From Nemertoderma westbladi (lineage: Eukaryota; Animalia; Xenacoelomorpha), in assembly GCA_032718475.1 (NCBI GenBank), contig JAUCBJ010008006.1:12835-76834 (forward strand): a DNA stretch of 64,000 nt. Direction: 5' to 3'. Below the pieces are notes generated by a model, which was not told where the DNA came from, searched no databases, and saw only the letters and a list, made by a program, of their open reading frames with translations. Position 1 is the stretch's first letter, and each line of letters starts with the position of its first letter. Of this stretch, positions 1-13,107 are shown in pieces. Made by a program: the position numbers and the translations under genes.

Positions 1-180
1 GTTCTAGGACACGTTTTTAGAACACAGTTTTAGAACGCAGTTCTAGAACACAGTTTTAGAACGCAGTTCTAGAACGCAGTTCTAGAATGCAATTCTAGAA
101 TACAGTTTTGGGAGGCAGTTCTAGAACGCTGTTTTAGAACAGTTTTAGAACGCAGATCTAGAACACAGTTCTAGAACGCA
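1..180. repeat. Degenerate ~20-bp tandem repeat (GTTCTAGAACACA/GCA core), truncated by the window start
   Basis: Recurring (t)ctagaac / ttttagaac units over the first 180 bp. Confidence 0.85.
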
Positions 181-1217
181 GATGCCTGTTCTGCCGGTAG
201 GCCAAGGATTAAGTCTAACGACATATTTCTAGTCCGGTCCCCCCAGAACTATACTCCCCAGATGAAACTCCAGTACTCATATAGCTACCATTTACGGATG
301 ATTTCCATTTCAGAATTATGGTAAAGACGCAGGTTGTTAAAACAACAATAATAACAGACGACGGAACTGACCAATCTGAAGGCTCAGATGGCGGCGTAGT
401 CATGGATACAAACTAAAATAAATAATGGGAGACGCTAATGGTTTCTACATTTTACACGGATTGTTGAAAACTTTAAGATAACTTCATTAGTTCCCATTAC
501 TTGTTTTACAGTATTATAGAATCTTCAAATATTTTCCAATGAGTTTTAGTTTAGTATTAATGGAATTTGGTCAATGGTGAGCTTTTGTGCTGCGTGTAGG
601 CATGTTGTATATTTTTAGTAACGTATTACATAGCTAATGTTCGATTTAATTGTTTGTCATTGTTGTGGAATGGAACCATTTTTGGAAGGGTTAGTTTATA
701 TTTGCCATAATTCGTTTTATTTAGCAAATAATCCATCTTTAATGTGCGGGAGTAACAAGTATGTTTAGAAAATGTTTTTTGATTTACGTTATCTTAATAA
801 TTCTCTATGAAATTAAATTGAAGGCAATAGCTAGCCTTTTTGCCTTAAATGTGGTGCTTGATTTTAATTATCATTTAATGGTTTGTTATGAATAAATATA
901 GAATTTTACCTAAATATTGTAATAATAATATCTCCAATAATGGCTGTATTTTGCTTTTAATTCCAAACGAATCAACAATATACCATATTCGAAACTTCAC
1001 TTATATTTTAACCAGAAAGACATAAGGAAAAATTCAGCAAGACAAGCAAAATAGGAACCCTAATATTGACCAGGATAAGCTCAGCCAATGACTCTCACCT
1101 TCTCCCACTTCCATGTTTGATTCGTGTAAGCACGAAACTACTCTCCTTGGAGTGGAAATAGTAGTGTACACTTGACGACTTGAGCTCTTAAGTTGCAATG
1201 TGGGGAGCCCCTAAAGG

Positions 1218-4200
1218 TGCAGGTCCCTCCAACCAGCCGGCTGCCATAGAACAATCTCACACACAGAATGATCAGTTGCAGGTCACTCCAACCAGCCGGC
1301 TGCCATAGAACAATCTCACACACAGAATGATCAGTTGCAGGTCCCTCCAACCAGCCGGCTGCCATAGAACAATCTCACACACAGAATGATCAGTTGCAGG
1401 TCCCTCCAACCAGCCGGCTGCCATAGAACAATCTCACACACAGAATGATCAGTTGCAGGTCCCTCCAACCAGCCGGCTGCCATAGAACAATCTCACTCAC
1501 AGAATGATCAGTTGAAGGTCCCTCCAACCATCCGGCTGCCATAGAACAATCTCACACACAGAATGATCAGTTGAAGGTCCCTCCAACCATCCGGCTGCCA
1601 TAGAACAATCTCACACACAGAATGATCAGTTGCAGGTCCCTCCAACCAGCCGGCAGCCATAGAACAATCTCACACACAGAATGATCAGTTGCAGGTCCCT
1701 CCAACCAGCCGGCAGCCATAGAACAATCTCACACACAGAATGATCAGTTGCAGGTCCCTCCAACCAGCCGGCTGCCATAGAACAATCTCACACACAGAAT
1801 GATCAGTTGCAGGTCCCTCCAACCAGCCGGCAGCCATAGAACAATCTCACACACAGAATGATCAGTTGCAGGTCCCTCCAACGAGCCGGCTGCCATAGAA
1901 CAATCTCACACACAGAATGATCAGTTGCAGGTCCCTCCAACCAGCCGGCTGCCATAGAACAATCTCACTCACAGAATGATCAGTTGAAGGTCCCTCCAAC
2001 CATCCGGCTGCCATAGAACAATCTCACACACAGAATGATCAGTTGCAGGTCCCTCCAACCAGCCGGCAGCCATAGAACAATCTCACACACAGAATGATCA
2101 GTTGAAGGTCCCTCCAACCAGCCGGCTGCCATAGAACAATCTCACACACAGAATGATCAGTTGCAGGTCCCTCCAACCAGCCGGCTGCCATAGAACAATC
2201 TCACTCACAGAATGATCAGTTGAAGGTCCCTCCAACCATCCGGCTGCCATAGAACAATCTCACACACAGAATGATCAGTTGAAGGTCCCTCCAACCAGCC
2301 GGCTGCCATAGAACAATCTCACATACAGAATGATCAGTTGCAGGTCCCTCCAACCAGCCGGCTGCCATATAACAATCTCACACACAGAATGATCAGTTGC
2401 AGGTCCCTCCAACCAGCCGGCTGCCATAGAACAATCTCACACACAGAATGATCAGTTGCAGGTCCCTCCAACCAGCTGGCTGCCATAGAACAATCTCACA
2501 CACAGAATGATCAGTTGCAGGTCCCTCCAACCAGCCGGCTGCCATAGAACAATCTCAAACACAGAATGATCAGTTCAGGTCCCTCCAACCAGCCGGCAGC
2601 CATATAACAATCTCACACACAGAATGATCAGTTGCAGGTCCCTCCAACCAGCCGGCTGCCATAGAACAATCTCACACACAGAATGATCAGTTGCACGTCC
2701 CTCCAACCAGCCGGCTGCCATATAACAATCTCACACACAGAATGATCAGTTGCAGGTCCCTCCAACCAGCCGGCTGCCATAGAACAATCTCACACACAGA
2801 ATGATCAGTTGCAGGTCCCTCCAACCAGCTGGCTTACATAGAACAATCTCACACACAGAATGATCAGTTGCAGGTCCCTCCAACCAGCCGGCTGCCATAG
2901 AACAATCTCACACACAGAATGATCAGTTGCAGGTCCCTCCAACCAGCTGGCTGCCATAGAACAATCTCACACACAGAATGATCAGTTGCAGGTCCCTCCA
3001 ACCAGCCGGCTGCCATAGAACAATCTCACACACAGAATGATCAGTTGCAGGTCCCTCCAACCAGCCGGCTGCCATATAACAATCTCACACACAGAATGAT
3101 CAGGTGCAGGTCCCTCCAACCAGCCGGCTGCCATAGAACAATCTCACACACAGAATGATCAGTTGCAGGTCCCTCCAACCAGCCGGCTGCCATAGAACAA
3201 TCTCACACACAGAATGATCAGTTGCAGGTCCCTCCAACCAGCCGGCTGCCATAGAACAATCTCACACACAGAATGATCAGTTGCAGGTCCCTCCAACCAG
3301 CCGGCAGCCATAGAACAATCTCACACACAGAATGATCAGTTGAAGGTCCCTCCAACCAGCCGGCTGCCATAGAACAATCTCACACACAGAATGATCAGTT
3401 GCAGGTCCCTCCAACCAGCCGGCTGCCATAGAACAATCTCACACACAGAATGATCAGTTGCAGGTCCCTCCAACCAGCCGGCTGCCATAGAACAATCTCA
3501 CACACAGAATGATCAGTTGCAGGTCCCTCCAACCAGCCGGCAGCCATAGAACAATCTCACACACAGAATGATCAGTTGCAGGTCCCTCCAACCATCCGGC
3601 TGCCATAGAACAATCTCACACACAGAATGATCAGTTGCAGGTCCCTCCAACCAGCCGGCTGCCATAGAACAATCTCACACACAGAATGATCAGTTGCAGG
3701 TCCCTCCAACCAGCCGGCTGCCATAGAATAATCTCACACACAGAATGATCAGTTGCAGGTCCCTCCAACCATCCGGCTGCCATAGAACAATCTCACACAC
3801 AGAATGATCAGTTGCAGGTCCCTCCAACCAGCCGGCTGCCATAGAATAATCTCACACACAGAATGATCAGTTGAAGGTCCCTCCAACCAGCCGGCTGCCA
3901 TAGAACAATCTCACACACAGAATGATCAGTTGCAGGTCCCTCCAACCAGCCGGCTGCCATAGAATAATCTCACACACAGAATGATCAGTTGAAGGTCCCT
4001 CCAACCAGCCGGCTGCCATAGAACAATCTCACACACAGAATGATCAGTTGCAGGTCCCTCCAACCAGCCGGCTGCCATAGAACAATCTCACTCACAGAAT
4101 GATCAGTTGAAGGTCCCTCCAACCATCCGGCTGCCATAGAACAATCTCACACACAGAATGATCAGTTGCAGGTCCCTCCAACCAGCCGGCTGCCATAGAA

Positions 4201-5017
4201 CAATCTCACACACAGAATGATCAGTTGAAGGTCCCTCCAACCAGCCGGCTGCCATAGAATAATCTCACACACAGAATGATCAGTTGCAGGTCCCTCCAAC
4301 CAGCCGGCTGCCATAGACTAATCTCACACACAGAATGATCAGTTGCAGGTCCCTCCAACCAGCCGGCTGCCATAGAACAATCTCACACACAGAATGATCA
4401 GTTGCAGGTCCCTCCAACCAGCCGGCTGCCATAGAACAATCTCACACACAGAATGATCAGTTGAACGTCCCTCCAACCAGCCGGCTGGCATAGAACAATC
4501 TCACACAGAGACTGATCAGTTGCAGGTTCCTCCAACCAGCCGGCTGCCATAGAACAATCTCACACACAGAATGATCAGTTGCAGGTCCCTCCAACCAGCC
4601 GGCAGCCCTAGAACAATCTCACACACAGAATGATCAGTTGCAGGTCCCTCCAACCAGCCGGCTGCCATAGAACAATCTCACACACAGAATGATCAGTTCA
4701 GGTCCCTCCAACCAGCCGGCTGCCATAGAACAATCTCACACACAGAATGATCAGTTGCAGGTCCCTCCAACCAGCCGGCTGCCATAGAACAATCTTACAC
4801 ACAGAATGATCAGTTGCAGGTCCCTCCAACCAGCCGGCTGCCATAGAACAATCTCACACACAGAATGATCAGTTGCAGGTCCCTCCAACCAGCCGGCAGC
4901 CATAGAACAATCTCACACACAGAATGATCAGTTGAAGGTCCCTCCAACCAGCCGGCTGCCTCACACACAGAATGATCAGTTGCAGGTCCCTCCAACCAGC
5001 CGGCTGCCATAGAACAA
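1218..5017. repeat. 59-bp satellite, ~64 near-identical copies
   Basis: Unit TGCAGGTCCCTCCAACCAGCCGGCTGCCATAGAACAATCTCACACACAGAATGATCAGT repeated head to tail. Confidence 0.98.
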
Positions 5018-5384
5018 GCCTTACTTGTCTCGCCTATAGAGATCAGCGCAACACAAACTCTACCTAATGTAACAATATAAAAAAATCCATATGTTATGCT
5101 ATTGTACTCCCCGCTGCGTGTTCTATAACAACATAATAATAAAGCAATAAATATATAATATACATTTGTTATTGTAATATTTTGGAAGCCCTTGTGAAGT
5201 ACTGATTAAGATTTACCACACGTGTAAGGTTTGGTTGATTGGCTGAGACGACAGCGCAAAATTATACTGATTAGAGCCGCACTACATCCATCGCAGCCTA
5301 GGAGATACAACCCGGTGCGGTCGAACTATGCGAACTGTGGCTGGTGCTGGGATAGATCATAAATCCCGTAGACGACGAGGAATG

Positions 5385-6551
5385 TGTAAAAGCTTTTGCG
5401 GATATACTCAGTCCCCCTCGCCCGCAAGGTACCGTTATAGGTGTTTTAACGGACATAAAAGTCATTCTTCGATATGTGTGCTTTGGTGGACATGGTAAGG
5501 CAAAAAACCCGCAATACGTAAAATACCCTGGCACAGCTTAGCCTTGATGATTCAGATTACGACATCTAACAGCTGGTTGCTGACATGGAAACGGCCATTG
5601 GACACATGGTTCTTTGTTTAGCTTAACAGCCAATCAGAGCGATTTTTTCTGTCGATGTGGAGCTTTTTGGCAGATCATGCTAAGAGTGTTCAGTCTTACT
5701 GCTTTTTCTTGATACTGTTGTGTTGTTTCTATCTAGGCCAGGAACACCGGCTCTAGAGTCAACTCGTTTTCATACTTTAGAAGAAACATTAGTAGGCTTA
5801 AATTATAGAGCGTATAACTGTTATCTTATCTCAATTCATTCTTACATTATCGGTTCAACATACATTATTATACTGCTGTTTACTGTTGTGTTTTGGTTGA
5901 ATATTATTTGGAGAACATATATAAAGAACCCAAATTTCCCAATTTTCTTGATACACTACAGGTTAGAGAGACGGGTTATATATAGTGATTGCGACTTATA
6001 TTATTGTTGTTTGTAGTGAATTTAATGCTATTTGATAAGCACTACATGAGTCCGTTGCTGTTCTCTTTATATATGATAAAATTCATTGACGGTCGGCAAA
6101 TTAGTGAGCAGTATTGTGTGTTACCGGTAGTGTGCATGATTGTGACTGATAACTAAGCATTTCCTAAAGAATGCGCCTCATACGTGAATCATAAGCCTTA
6201 CCGACTTACCGTTGTGATTAGTATAAGTCATATCTCTGTTTACCTAGATAGAGCGCCACGTCCTAAAGGAACTGTTAATATTTCCCGAAAGTGAATAATA
6301 TTAGTCAGAAATTATTTATTAACGATCAATCGAATAATACAGTAAGCTTACACTGCAATAATAATCTAAGCCCTCAGAATCCAGTCTCCCGGGTATATCC
6401 AGCGGGTGAATGGACGCGCACTTGGCTGGCTTCTGCTAATGTTGTGTTTATTGGTATTAAATATTTGTCAACTTCTAAAGTCTATTGATAAACCAAAAGA
6501 CATATAAATTTTGGCAGGTTAAACTGCTAAAGGTCTTCAAAAGCGCGTACA
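5385..6551 (+). repeat. 5' LTR (1167 bp)
   Basis: Starts TGTAAAAGC, ends GCGCGTACA; matches 22515-23681 with three substitutions seen (5780, 6008, 6423); contains a CCAAT box (AGCCAATCAG, ~5628) and TATATAAA (~5918). Confidence 0.97.
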
Positions 6552-6562
6552 ATAACAGTTAT
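6552..6562 (+). promoter_or_regulatory. Non-tRNA primer-binding-site candidate ATAACAGTTAT
   Basis: Directly follows the 5' LTR; lacks the TGG start of a tRNA PBS; exact reverse complement of LTR 5814-5824 (ATAACTGTTAT). Confidence 0.5.
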
Positions 6563-6618
6563 TGTCTTTATTGCAGTAAGCAATAAAGTTGAAAGTACCG
6601 GTCGACCGGTAAACCTGA

Positions 6619-6745
6619 ACCGGTACTTCTGTAGGTCTGTAGGCCCAACTGCCAGAACCGGTACTGCTGTAGGTCCGTAGGTCCAACTGTCAGAACCGGT
6701 ACTTCTGTAGGTCCGTAGGCCCAACTGTCCTAACCGGTACTTCCA
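6619..6745. repeat. ~38-bp tandem repeat (~3.5 copies) in the retroelement leader
   Basis: ACCGGTACTTCTGTAGGTCYGTAGGCCCAACTG repeated. Confidence 0.85.
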
Positions 6746-6960
6746 GTATAAGTACATTAATATTATTCGATTTTGATTATTGTATACCGGTAGGTCTTAG
6801 TATTTAATCAGGGACTGCAGCCCTGGTTTTTTATTGAGACTTTACTTATTTCTGTCAGTTTTATTTCCTAGTAAGTTAATATTGAGCTGAAGACATGTAA
6901 GTCTGCTCAGATTGTTCAGATAATTGTAGGCCGGACTGTTGTCGGATTGTTGTTGGGTTT

Positions 6961-7448
6961 GGAGAGATTACGGCGTGTGTAGAGTTTGTCCGATAGAGTG
7001 CCAGTTAGTAAGTTGGGGCAGCCATAGCTGTAAGGTCAATCCCCTCTTAAAGAATAAGTCGTACTACCGTGTTAGAACGCATACTAACTAACCATTTTGG
7101 AATCTGCACATACTGTAGTTTATTTAGGCTTGACAGTATTCTGCCAGCGTTTTGGCCTGTGTTTGTTTGTGTGGTCTGTTCAGGTACCGTAATAGTTATT
7201 GCTCCGATATTTTGTAGGCTGGATTGTTGTCTAGCTATTATTAGGTCTGAAGAGATTGCTGCGTGTGTAGAGTTTGTCTGATAAAGTGCCAGTTAGTAAG
7301 TTGGGGCAGCCATAGCTGTAAGGTCAATCCCCTCTTAAAGAATAAGTCGTACTACCGTGTTAGAACGCATACTAACTAACCATTTCGGAATCTACACATA
7401 CGGTAGTTTATTTAGGCTTGGTGGTAGTCTGCCAGCGTTTGGTTTGTA
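6961..7448. repeat. Direct duplication (288-bp offset) in the retroelement leader
   Basis: CCAGTTAGTAAGTTGGGGCAGCCATAGCTG...ACTAACCATT block starts at 7001 and again at 7289. Confidence 0.85.
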
Positions 7449-8787
7449 TTTTGTTTGAGTATTCTGTACGGGTAGCGTAATATTTATTATTCAGAGTTTA
7501 TGCGATTATTCGCAACATTCATGTCCCCAAGTTTATTCCTACAGTAATTGTGCTTGTTACACATACCGTTATAGTTAAATTAACCCCGGTACTACACGGG
7601 CTGCTTGGTGTAGGAAAAGACTGGCGACTTTGTGCTTCGGTCACTCCAGCAGATGCCGTGGTTCTTTTAACTGTTCAAGTATATTTAACTACTGATTATT
7701 TGTTGTACCAGTACTTGTACCTAATTTAGGGTTTAGTGTACAGTACTTTCCGAAGGTAATTAGTGTGTAGGCAGTATATTTGTGTTGTAAAGTGGTTAAT
7801 AGGCACGTTGGATCTGGTAGTCCGCGGTAATTAACTTCCAGGTAGGAACACTCCGTGATACATAACGTAGTACCTATAGCGATACGGCTGTAGGTCGTCA
7901 GGCGGTGGTATTTTCCTATCTGGACAGTGCAATATATTTACTACTACTTATTATTTTCAAATACCGTAGTACCCTGTCCGTTGTAATAAACAGAATTCTA
8001 ACCCTACGTTAGACTGGTTTGTAGACTTCCTGTAAAATTACCCTAAAATTTCGTACGTAATATTTTTGTTGTGTTTAATTAGAGAATTAATCTCACCCGT
8101 ATCGTAAGTAATTTGTAGTATTAAGTAACTTAGGTAAATTAGAATAATCTGTTTTAGTGTCCCATAAGTAGCACTTCACTGAGAGCGCACAGCTTCTGTG
8201 TAGTGACTTCCCCAGAAATAATAACATTTATTTCAAATATTGACAAAACCCCTTTTAAACGGGTATATATCTATTATAAATCAACTCAAACGATTTATAA
8301 ATAGTAGGCCTGCCATACAACAACTAGGTCTCAATATCAGTTGGACTACTGCTTAAATAGCGGTAATAAAGTAAGTTAAAGTAACCAAGTAACCCTAAAA
8401 TATTCAGAAATTCAATTATTCTAAAATAATTGACATACCGGTATTTACCATAGGCTTATTATATTTTTTTCTATAAATTTGGGCTGAAATCATACCGGTA
8501 CTCTGTAATTAATTCTAGTTCATAATTATACTTATATATACTATAAGTGTAAGCTGTATACCGGTATTCACGATAGGCCTATTATATATTTATATATATT
8601 TGTGCTAAATTTATATATCGGTACTCTGTGACAAAACTAGTTTACAATACTTATATATATTATAAGTGTATACCGGTATTCTAATATACTGCAATAAATT
8701 ACCGGTACTAGGCCAACGGTCATACTGAATTAATAGACTTGCTTTAACTGTAACTATAGCAGTAGACATTCAACTGTATAGCTAAAC

Positions 8788-11295
8788 ATGTCTGACACCC
8801 AGCAAAACCTGTCAGACAGTCTAATCGATACAACCATCTGTGACACAGATAGGAGTGTGGAGCGATTAAGAAAGGAGTTCAGCTCACCTCCTACTGAAAG
8901 AAAGGTCATCCCTCCAGTAGTAGTATCAGACCCTAAGCTAATCCAACACCGTAGGTCTATCATCGGCACTCGGGCCCAAGTCAAACGGAACCAGGAAGCA
9001 GCTGTCCAACAGCAGCAACATCCTAGTCAAGAAACTTGTTCCCAGCGATCAGATAGCTCCAGTAGTTCGGATACTGTAGAGCTGACCCCCGAACGCGGAT
9101 TGCAGATGGCGGCTACAGCCTACTCGGACCCCCTTCTCACCCTTCCTGCCGCAGTACTAACTACTATATTGATTGCGGTGGAAGAACATCAAGCCGATTG
9201 GGCGAGAAGTATGAGAGCGACCCAAGATAATTATGCGGGATACGCCAGGGAAGAATTGATGTCTATTGTCGAGTCACAACGGAACTTTCCCGGACCCGGA
9301 CTCCCGTTAGATTTGTCCGAAGCTACTTGGGAAGATATACACAGGATGGGAGTGGCTAAAGATACGATGGATCCAGCTGTTTGGAAGAGGTCGGCAGCAG
9401 GATATGTGCAGGGATTCTTCGGCTCCTTAGAGCGATTGGAAGAACAATTGTTTCGACAACCCCAAGGACCTCAAGAGCAGGAAGAGCTGCTTTATCAAGT
9501 ACGTGAAAGAACCCTACGCATTAGACTAATCCTATCAGCCTTTGAGGAAACTTCCAAAAGAAGACAGGACACGTCGCTGCAGGTTGCTGTCAAAACTTGG
9601 TTCCAGCGGGTAGGTCTCAAAGTACAAGAAACGGACCAGTGGAAATCCCAGCTGTCTGAGAGACTAACCTATGAAGAACCAACCGATGCCACCCTTTCTC
9701 AAGTGGAAGGCGAAGAGACCGCAGAGAGACCACGAACGAGAGACGCCATCGACATTTATCTGTCCGACTATCAGCGATTCCTAGGAGACGAAGAGTTGAG
9801 GAGACGGCTGTCTGGACTTTCCCCTAATAGTGAAGGAACCCAGCGTGTGTTAGACTCAATCGATGCTGAAATGTTAGCTGCTAACCAAGCTGAATTTGAT
9901 GAAAAACTCCGCCTCACTAGAGTCCAAGAAGAACAAGTAAAGAAAAAACGGATAGAGGACCGAAAGGCAGCTGCAGTAACAGCGGCAATGGCCGAAGTGG
10001 AAGCAGAAAGAAAGGCAGCGGCGGCAGAAGCAGAAGCAGAAAGAAAAGCAGCAAAGGCAGTGGCAGAAGCAGAACGGAGAGCCTCTGAGGAGACTACCCA
10101 ACTGGAGTTGGAAAATCTGCAAGAGACGCAAGACAACATAAATAAACAGTTAACTGCTAGTCACATGCAGATGATGAGAAGATCTACTCCCAAACGCCAG
10201 GGATATACGTCATCGGAGGAAAGCGAAACCACCGATCCTGAAGGCGGAGGAAATAGATCTCGTCTAAGCAGGCGTAGAAAAACATCTTACCGTCACAAAT
10301 TGCCTGATTTGCCCCCAGTTGTGAGAAGGCAACTAGCTAGCACAGACTTAGGTAGAATAGAACCTACAGACCAAATTATTAAGGTCAAAAAACTCCCTAC
10401 TATAGTTGATGAGCCTGAAATAATTAGGCCTGTCGTTACCAAAGTCACTCCTGTGCTAGAGACCCCTGTACTTCCAGAGCTTAACTCTAAGTTCCCTTTA
10501 CACAGTACTACACTGCCTGTACCCGGTAGAACAGTCCATGAGAATATCCCTGTCCTGGAAGCTGAGAGAGAAATCAAAGATTTGTCTCCCGTCGTCCCGC
10601 GTCAGCCCGCTACAATGTTGGCGACTCCCGCTTCGGCGGTCGAGTGGGTAGAGGAGGGACGGCGGGGGATGAATCTCCTGCTCGGACAGATGCAGGAGAC
10701 TGTCCACCAACTTAAGGGAACAGTAAGGGAAGGTAGGGCAGAATTGCAAGAAGTGCAGCAAAGTATCGCACTAGAACGCGACAAATTAGTCAACATACAA
10801 AAGGGCATACCAATACCCCCAGTAACATTGTGTCAACCTGTTAGGTCTGAAGTATTACATGCGCAAGGTGTGGAGCCTACACGCATCTATACTGCTAGTG
10901 AAGTAGAAACTCCTATAGCAAACCCTATTAAGGGTGATTATAAATCTGTTGTTAATGATATTCCCTATAGACCTGATAATGATCCGAGAAATTTATATAC
11001 TGATAATTCGATATTAAATAACACGATGGCCCAAGAAAGCTTTACGCGTCAGATGGCTAGAACAGAAGCCCGCCAAGCGGTCAAAGTGGGAGAGATCGTC
11101 AAATTCAATGGAGATGAGATGAAATGGTTACCTTTCAATGAATATTACAAAGACAGCATACAGAACTCTGTACTATCTAACGGAGAGAAACTTAGGTTCC
11201 TTGGAAGGACCTCCCAAGTTAATGGCGTTAAAGTTTATTGGACATCCAGAAGGATTAAGACAAGTTTGGGATACATTAAACATCAGGTATGGTAA
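8788..11295 (+). pseudogene. gag: BEL gag N-terminal part: long coiled-coil extension, then start of the DUF1759-like capsid region; frameshift near 11200
   Basis: KFNGDEMKWLPFNEYY...EKLRFL motif typical of BEL gag; continues as SLEGPPKLM in another frame. Confidence 0.85.
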
Positions 11296-13036
11296 CAAGG
11301 ATAACATAGCTAAGTATTTGTATGCAAAATTAGTAGCCCCCCGAAACTTCCTTAGTAGCGGGATTATAGAGTTTTCCGATGAGATTCACGAGATCTGTAG
11401 ACAATTGGACTGGTTAGGTAAGTCTCATGAATATCAGAGTTCCATGGTTATTGGAGCCGTAGTCTCTACTTTACCAAAGGGTGGAGTATGTACACGCTGG
11501 GACAAGAAAGTGTTGTACATGAATGAACAACAACGACGAAGCCCTACCATGGCTGATCTCATGTCCTTCTTAGATGGTGAAGTAAAACTACAACTCATCA
11601 AGCAGTCCAGAGAGAAAACATCGGAAAATAAGGTAAGTGAGAAACCCGCTTCTAGGAGAAGAGTAACACCGGTGTGTTACACTGACGACGGCGAAAGCCA
11701 AGCTTCTCAAGAAGAGGACAGCGGGAAAGACACTGATCGATCTTACTATGTTGGCAAAACCTCAAAAGACGTAAGTAAATACAAAGCTCGAACCAACGAT
11801 AGGAGAGAACAGGTTGCCAAGACCCCTCCTCAGTCCCCTAACAGAATGCACGTAAGAAAGCCCGAACAAAGAACGAGAGTGCATCAGGTTACCCAAGGTA
11901 AAGTGAGTAACATAAAACCTAACTGTGCGCTGTGCGACGGTACCCACCGTTTGAGTGCGTGTGCTGAATTTCTAAAGAAATCCCTTGTAGACAGACGTGC
12001 AGTCGTATGGGATAAGCGGTTATGCTATAATTGCCTCAGACCAGGACACCAACGGCGAACCTGTTACTCCGACGTAAAGTGTGCAAAGTGTAGCGCGAAA
12101 CATCACATCTTGTTACACAGTGAGTTCGACCGAGACAACCCGAGTCAGGTAAGTGAGCCCGAACTACATGTCCAATTCAGTGATGTAAACGACACTGATC
12201 AAGAATCTGAGATGGAAGGATTCTATACTGACGAATTCTCCGACGCTAACGAATCCTGTTATCTAATCAATACCGCAGTGTATCGAGCACTTACTTATGA
12301 AAAGGACACCAACAATGAGTTTCCCCCAACTACTTTTGCCAAACAACCATCTTGGAAAGCTCCAACTTCCAACGTAGGAATCAGAGAATTTCCTGTAGTG
12401 CAGGTAAGAGTTCACGGTCCTAACCACAGTTACATAGTGAACGCACTCCTTGACTCCGGCAGCACAGGAACATTCATCGATCAAGAATTAGCCGAAGATA
12501 TCTTTGCTGGACAACCCAAATTCCGGACTAAATTGAATATGTCAGGAATTATGCAGGTTTGGAAATCTACCCTAACGGCAGATTACTATGTAGGTGTGTT
12601 GTCCACCCCCCAGGATAAATTAGGAGTACAAGGTATAAGGTCGGTAAAAATGGTGGCTATAAAGAACTTCGCTACTACTCAGGCAGACCTTTATAATTGG
12701 GACGAGGATGAGAGTATCCAACATCTTAAGATACCTCGATTCCAGACAGATTATCCTGGAGTGCAAATACTCATCGGCCAAAACGCGCATGAGGCGCTCG
12801 AAACATTGGAGAAACGGCCTGCTCAACCGCAGCCACTGCAAACCTATGCGGTTAGAACTAGAGTAGGTTGGTACTTTACTGGCCCTTCCCGCAGGACTCT
12901 CGAAGAGAGAATGCCACAAGAACGAATATACCAAGTAAACGATTGGGAAGTGGAGAGCAGTGAGGTGGACGAACTAGCTGAGGAAACACCACACAAAGAG
13001 CCAAGCAAATCCAGGAAACAACTACACGTTTTTTAA
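11138..13036 (+). pseudogene. gag-pro: BEL gag C-terminus (three zinc knuckles) and aspartic protease
   Basis: CALCDGTHRLSAC, CYNCLRPGHQRRTC, CAKCSAKHHILLH; protease ALLDSGSTGTFI; frameshift near 13000 into GRYEIGLPF...NNRPLAEKR. Confidence 0.93.
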
Positions 13037-13107
13037 AGGACCAAGGTAGATATGAAATCGGCCTACCATTTCGAAAACGAGAACCTAGATTTATAAATAA
13101 CAGACCC

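Noticed and set aside
215-403. 62-aa minus-strand ORF with a hydrophobic stretch and an acceptor-like upstream sequence
   Set aside because: Too short, no recognisable domain or partner exon in the window; cannot be supported
1218-5017. Regular arrays here and elsewhere as CRISPR arrays
   Set aside because: No unique spacers, no cas genes, eukaryotic context; they are plain tandem repeats
5720-6488. Small ORFs within the LTRs (98 aa and 65 aa, repeated in the 3' LTR)
   Set aside because: Non-ATG starts, no motifs; duplicated only because the LTRs are
6511-6530. TTTTGGCAGG... as the tRNA PBS
   Set aside because: It lies inside both LTRs (identity and the TSD put the end at 6551/23681) and matches no tRNA 3' end I recognise
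11190-11215. Programmed ribosomal frameshift in gag
   Set aside because: It falls inside the capsid-like domain with no slippery heptamer and looks like a small deletion; BEL gag-pol is normally one ORF
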